This document shows, piece by piece, positions 59,317-64,000 of a stretch of 64,000 nt of DNA. Numbering within the stretch: position 1 is the stretch's first letter; the number at the start of each line of letters is the position of its first letter. The stretch spans positions 1-64,000 of IMG/VR virus record IMGVR_UViG_3300030333_002885; one strand, 5' to 3'. The notes below the pieces were generated by a model. The model did no database searches. It was not told the origin of the DNA and saw only the letters and a list, made by a program, of their open reading frames with translations. The translations under genes and the position numbers were made by a program. This stretch comes from a virus.

Positions 59317-61239
59317 ATGGCAGCTAATGATTGGTCAAATACTACTCAGTTATTGCTTACTGGTTCTTCTGGCACTCAAATATCCTTTGGTGATGTAAGA
59401 GCAGCAGTTGGTGATACTAGTAAACCTATCTCTGCATCAGAGATGTGGAGACAGACAGATCTTGATGCACCATATCAATTTGCATCATTACCTACATCAT
59501 CTGGTACTCCTCATGTACCTTATGTACTAGATTCTACTGAGAATGTTGGTGTACCTACTAGTGGTGCTATATCTCCTAATAATGTAAGAAATGTTATTAA
59601 AGAATATGTCATTGAGCAAGCACCTAATACAGAAGAAACACAATTTGATGCTGGTACTCTTACAGGACCAACAACACCTACTGCTAGTGTAAACTGGAAT
59701 TCAAATTTAAATAAAAATATAACAAAATATCTAAGGATTAGAGGGAGGATGGTTTCTCCTTCTGTTTCCACACCTGCTGTATCTATTGCTAGTTCTTCAT
59801 CATCTAACTTAAAATTATATGTACATGACACACCTCAGGGTGATGGCATCTATGGTGCTGGTGGTGTAAAGAATCAAGCAGGTGGTAATGCTATTAGGAT
59901 AACTAATCCTTCTGCACCTTCTACTCGTTATGTCTATGTTGAGTGTGAAGGAGCACAGTCTAGGATATGGGCAGGTGGTGGAGGAGGAAGAGATGGTGTT
60001 GATGGTGTAGATGGTGTTGATGGATCAGCATGGACTGGTAATGGTGTAGATGGTGTTGATGGGTCACCTGGAACTCCTGGATCACCTGGATCTGACGGAA
60101 CTCCTGGAACTGATGGAACACCTGGAGGTAACGGATCTTCTGGATCTGGTGGTGGTAGTGGTAGTAATGGGTCACCTGGACAACCTGGATCACCTGGAAG
60201 TTATGGTACTCCTGCAATGCAGAGGACTACCCAGACATTTACTTATGCTTTCCAACAAACAGGCACAGGACAACAGGCAAATCCACAAGAAAGGAGAAGT
60301 AGACGAGGATGGTGGGGTCAAGGTAGGAGTAGATATACAGTATATTCACAGGTAACAGTAACAACTAGAACTGCTGTTCAACAATCTAATACATCACAAT
60401 ATAAGGTTGCTTGCTTCGGTGGAGGACCAGGATCTGGTGGATCAGGAGGATCTGGAGGATCTGGTGGTGGCGGTGGCTCAGGTGGTGGCGGTGGATCAGG
60501 AGGATCTGGCGGTAGTGCTGGTGCTGGTGGAACTAAAGGATACGGTGGAGGTGGTGGTTCAGGTGGACAAGGTGGAAATAAAGGATACGGTGGATTCAAT
60601 GGTGTTAAAGGTTATAAAGGTTATGCTGGATCAGGATCAGATGGTAGGGGATGGAATAATTTAACTGGAGCACTCTCCTCATCTGGAGGTACACCTGGAA
60701 CTCCTGGAACTCCTGGAGGTAACGGAACACCTGGAACCCCTGGTACACCTGGAACTCCAGGTGGTGCTGGAACTCCTGGAACCTCAGGTACACCTGGAAC
60801 GCCAGGTCAACCTGGAACACCTGGAGGTAGTGGTTCAGGAGGAGGTAGTGGAACGCCAGGAACTCCTGGATCTGCTGGAACTCCTGGAGGTAGTGGTGGA
60901 TGTGGAGGTGCTACACCTGGCACACCTGGAACTCCTGGAACTCCTGGATCTGATGGAACACCTGGAGGTGGAGGAACACCTGGAACTCCTGGAGGCGATG
61001 GCACACCTGGAACTCCTGGAACTGATGGAACACCTGGAACTCCTGGAGATGACGGTGACGATGGAACACCTGGAACTCCAGGTGGTGACGGACAACCTGG
61101 AACTCCTGGAACACCTGGTCAACCTGGAATTGCAGGTGGTGACTGGGGTATGCCTGGAGCAGAACCTGGTGGTAGAGCAGTTGCTGGATCACCATACCAA
61201 GTAATACCTAACGGAGGTAGCATTAGAGTCGTCTATTAA
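59317..61239 (+). CDS. Collagen-like / polyglycine fibre-tip protein
   Basis: Long Gly-X-Y runs, mostly GTP; IYGAGG and IWAGGGGG motifs. Confidence 0.75.
   Translation: MAANDWSNTTQLLLTGSSGTQISFGDVRAAVGDTSKPISASEMWRQTDLDAPYQFASLPTSSGTPHVPYVLDSTENVGVPTSGAISPNNVRNVIKEYVIEQAPNTEETQFDAGTLTGPTTPTASVNWNSNLNKNITKYLRIRGRMVSPSVSTPAVSIASSSSSNLKLYVHDTPQGDGIYGAGGVKNQAGGNAIRITNPSAPSTRYVYVECEGAQSRIWAGGGGGRDGVDGVDGVDGSAWTGNGVDGVDGSPGTPGSPGSDGTPGTDGTPGGNGSSGSGGGSGSNGSPGQPGSPGSYGTPAMQRTTQTFTYAFQQTGTGQQANPQERRSRRGWWGQGRSRYTVYSQVTVTTRTAVQQSNTSQYKVACFGGGPGSGGSGGSGGSGGGGGSGGGGGSGGSGGSAGAGGTKGYGGGGGSGGQGGNKGYGGFNGVKGYKGYAGSGSDGRGWNNLTGALSSSGGTPGTPGTPGGNGTPGTPGTPGTPGGAGTPGTSGTPGTPGQPGTPGGSGSGGGSGTPGTPGSAGTPGGSGGCGGATPGTPGTPGTPGSDGTPGGGGTPGTPGGDGTPGTPGTDGTPGTPGDDGDDGTPGTPGGDGQPGTPGTPGQPGIAGGDWGMPGAEPGGRAVAGSPYQVIPNGGSIRVVY
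60685..61130 (+). repeat. Coding 9-bp tandem repeats (GGAACTCCT / GGAACACCT)
   Basis: Encode Gly-Thr-Pro triplets. Confidence 0.85.
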
Positions 61240-61247
61240 CTATTATT

Positions 61248-61850
61248 ATGTCAATTTATCCTATATTACCTCATCCTACATATGATGAGAATGATTTTGC
61301 AACTTGGGAAGGAGGTTTCACACCATCAGAGTGTGATGCTATTATCCGTTTAGGAGAGGAGCAAACATTAATTAACTCAACAGTTGGTGCTGGTCTTGTT
61401 GACCCATCCAAAGAAAATATTGCGATTAGAAAATCAAAGAATGGATGGATAGAATTAAATGATCGAAGTAAGTGGGTATATGATAGGATTGCGAATATTT
61501 CTAGGTGTTTGAATGGATTAAATTGGAGATTTGAAATAAGTGGGTTTAATGAGCATTTACAATATACAAGGTATGATGCAGCAGATAAGGATTTCTATGG
61601 GTGGCATACAGATGGATCTGTCAAAGGAGATGGACCACCTCGTAAATTATCACTAACAATACAATTATCCGACCCTAATGACTATGAGGGTGGAGACTTT
61701 CAACTACATGGTACTAAATTATCTACAGTTGCTAAAGAGAGAGGGTTGACAGTATGTTTTCCTAGTTATACACTACATCAGGTTACTCCTGTAACTAAAG
61801 GAGTTAGAAAGAGTTTAGTCGTATGGTTGGTCGGTCCACCTTTTAAATAA
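61248..61850 (+). CDS. 2OG-Fe(II) oxygenase (P4H/PKHD-like)
   Basis: YGWHTD, RKLSLTIQLS...YEGG, FPSY.LHQVTPVT.G.RKSLV.W. Confidence 0.88.
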   Translation: MSIYPILPHPTYDENDFATWEGGFTPSECDAIIRLGEEQTLINSTVGAGLVDPSKENIAIRKSKNGWIELNDRSKWVYDRIANISRCLNGLNWRFEISGFNEHLQYTRYDAADKDFYGWHTDGSVKGDGPPRKLSLTIQLSDPNDYEGGDFQLHGTKLSTVAKERGLTVCFPSYTLHQVTPVTKGVRKSLVVWLVGPPFK

Positions 61851-61851
61851 T

Positions 61852-62403
61852 ATGAATCCACGAATTGATCCCCATTGTATAGCTAATGCTTTTAGCAATT
61901 CAGAGTGCGAAAGTATTATTGAACTAGGTGAATCTATAGGACTTAAAGCATCAGGAATTGATGTAAATTCATTAAATCCTATTAGAAAGTCATGGAATTC
62001 ATTCATAAATTTTGATAAAGAAGTTGAGTGGATTTACAACCGAGTAGGTGACATTGCTAGAGAAATTAACCATAAATGGTATCATTTTGAAGCAGATGGA
62101 TTTGAGAATATACAATATATTAAATATGAAAGTGATGGATGTCATTATAATTGGCATGTAGATAATGACCTTAGTGATAATGCACCTTCAAGAAAGATTG
62201 GATTCTCGTTACAACTTAGTGACTCAGATGAGTACGAAGGTGGTAACTTAGAAATACATCATACGGAATTGTTTAATGATTTACCTAGAGAAAAAGGAAC
62301 TATGATCGTTTTTCCTAGTTTTTGTCTACATAGAATTACACCTGTCACTCGTGGTGTTCGTAGATCTATGGTAGCACACCTAGCAGGTAAACCATTCAGA
62401 TGA
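61852..62403 (+). CDS. 2OG-Fe(II) oxygenase (P4H/PKHD-like)
   Basis: YNWHVD, RKI..SLQLS, FPS..LHRITPVT.G.RRS. Confidence 0.88.
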   Translation: MNPRIDPHCIANAFSNSECESIIELGESIGLKASGIDVNSLNPIRKSWNSFINFDKEVEWIYNRVGDIAREINHKWYHFEADGFENIQYIKYESDGCHYNWHVDNDLSDNAPSRKIGFSLQLSDSDEYEGGNLEIHHTELFNDLPREKGTMIVFPSFCLHRITPVTRGVRRSMVAHLAGKPFR

Positions 62404-62465
62404 TACCAGTTTCTAAAGTGTCCACTAAATCACCCATAAACCCTGTCATGGACTATAATAAGGGT

Positions 62466-63632
62466 ATGAAAAACACACACTTAGAGCATCTCGAAGATAC
62501 TATTCTTAACAGTGGTACTGTTGGTGGATTTGAGGTGGTTGAATTCCTACAGCAATTTGGGTATGTATTGCAGGGTAGGAAAACAGATCTAACTATTAGT
62601 ACAAAATGGGATGGAGCACCTGCTATTATATGTGGTACTGATCCTGTTACTGGACAATTCTTTGTAGGTACTAAGAGTGTATTTAATAAGACTAATCCTA
62701 AAGTATGTTATGATAATGTTGACATTGATCGTTTTTATCAGGCAGAAGTATTAAGAAATAAACTAAAGACTTGCCTTAGACTATTACCAGAATTAAATAT
62801 TAAAGGTATTATTCAAGGTGATCTATTATATACTGCTGATGATAAACAATGGGCAAATGTAGGTAGTAAGAAATATATCTCATTCCAACCTAATGCTCTT
62901 AGATATGCTATTCACCCTGATAGTGCAATAGGTAAGCAAGTTCTTAATTCACAAATGGGAATAGTATTTCACACAGTATATAAAGGTGATACTATCGCTG
63001 GATCTACTGCTGTATATAATAAAGCACCACAATATAATAGCACATCAAATGTATATGTTGCTAGTTCAAATTATAGTGGTGTATCTAACTTTGATGTTCG
63101 TGACTCTGCAAAGTATAGTGCTATTGTTAATAGAGCAATAGGATCATTGAAGAGATCATCTAAATTCTTAGATATTATACAAGATTATGGACAGTCTAAG
63201 TTTGTAATGGCAGTATTATTCAAACAATTCTTTAACCAGAGAATTAGAACTGGTAAAGGTGTTGCTGATGTTAGAAGAGTTGCTAGTGATTTTGCACAAT
63301 TCTATTCTACTAAGATGGATGAGGAGATTGCTAAAAAGAAAACAGAAAAGACTAAATCAAAGTATAATAATATTAAAAGCAATGGATTAGCATTTATTGC
63401 TAAGTATGAGCAAGAGATATATTTTACTGTTGCATCTTATATCTCAATTCGTGCTGCTAAGAAGATGATTATAGATCAGTTAAATAAAGTTACTGATTTT
63501 AAAACATTTGTTGATGGTAGACCTTCACAACCAGAGGGTTATGTGGTATCATATAATGATAACGCTCTGAAATTTGTTGATGACGATTTTAGAAGAGCAA
63601 ACATAACGGTTATCAAACAATGGGCAAAGTAG
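62466..63632 (+). CDS. Conserved protein with ligase-type KxDG motif (DUF6267-like)
   Basis: KNTHLEHLED, STKWDGAPA, QGDLLY, PEGYV, KFVD; start moved to 62466 after a TATAAT. Confidence 0.65.
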   Translation: MKNTHLEHLEDTILNSGTVGGFEVVEFLQQFGYVLQGRKTDLTISTKWDGAPAIICGTDPVTGQFFVGTKSVFNKTNPKVCYDNVDIDRFYQAEVLRNKLKTCLRLLPELNIKGIIQGDLLYTADDKQWANVGSKKYISFQPNALRYAIHPDSAIGKQVLNSQMGIVFHTVYKGDTIAGSTAVYNKAPQYNSTSNVYVASSNYSGVSNFDVRDSAKYSAIVNRAIGSLKRSSKFLDIIQDYGQSKFVMAVLFKQFFNQRIRTGKGVADVRRVASDFAQFYSTKMDEEIAKKKTEKTKSKYNNIKSNGLAFIAKYEQEIYFTVASYISIRAAKKMIIDQLNKVTDFKTFVDGRPSQPEGYVVSYNDNALKFVDDDFRRANITVIKQWAK

Positions 63633-63883
63633 CAACATTCAAAGATTTTATTAAGGTTAGAGAGTATATTTACCTTAAGTATAATTATTATGCTGAATTG
63701 GGTAGGATGAGAGATAATTTATCACCTGAAGAAGAATTACAGCAACACGCATGTTGGGAACTAATAAGAGATCTAAAAGGTTTCATGGATAATGTAGAGG
63801 AGAACTTTACTGATCCTGATATACTTAATGATTTTCTTATAAATGATAAAATAATACCTATAAACTTTAAAGATGAAATTTGA
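63620..63883 (+). CDS. Hypothetical protein
   Basis: Coupled ORF. Confidence 0.55.
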   Translation: MGKVATFKDFIKVREYIYLKYNYYAELGRMRDNLSPEEELQQHACWELIRDLKGFMDNVEENFTDPDILNDFLINDKIIPINFKDEI

Positions 63884-64000
63884 AGTATTTGATGACTACA
63901 TAACACCTACTTATCAAGAGATTATTAAGGATTTTATTTGTAGTCCAGAAACACATTGGTGTTATCAACCACACATGGATGAGAGTAATAAAGGTTACTC
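63873..64000 (+). CDS. Partial ORF, probably another 2OG-Fe(II) oxygenase-like gene
   Basis: MKFEVFDDYITPTYQEIIK...HWCY resembles the N-terminus of the 2973 protein; runs off the window. Confidence 0.45.
   Translation, partial: MKFEVFDDYITPTYQEIIKDFICSPETHWCYQPHMDESNKGY

Noticed and set aside
60685-61130. Tandem repeats as a possible CRISPR array
   Set aside because: 9-bp in-frame units with no unique spacers, fully inside a CDS
59960-61204. Many alternative-frame and antisense ORFs (LEHLE, FQEFQ, PGVPG, SRSSR repeats)
   Set aside because: Shadows of the 9-bp Gly-Thr-Pro coding repeat, which lacks stops in other frames

Overview
This is 64 kb of an AT-rich T4-like marine cyanomyophage, most likely infecting Prochlorococcus (end of psbA, purN, pebS, ho1, cp12, phoH, thyX). 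It contains T4 core genes (g33, g32, g53, g48, g2, g4, g26, g51, g5), several large tail-fibre and virion genes, a heptose/carbamoyl sugar-modification island (about 10.1-23.7 kb) and 11-12 2OG-Fe(II) oxygenases. The most striking element lies at 23.70-24.23 kb, where the ORF track shows nothing. It is a compact candidate nitrogen-sensing cassette. A perfect NtcA box and an extended -10 promoter precede two tandem glutamine-riboswitch-like aptamers, followed by a YRG/DUF4278-type peptide and a terminator. The second aptamer carries a complete 54-codon ORF nested inside its own P2 stem. Other notable items are a duplicated A-tract dyad bracketing the sugar island, a circularly permuted M23 peptidase, a Gly-Thr-Pro collagen-like fibre next to two P4H-like oxygenases, and an exported-protein module with long gene overlaps. 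All calls come from reading motifs by eye; no searches were run.
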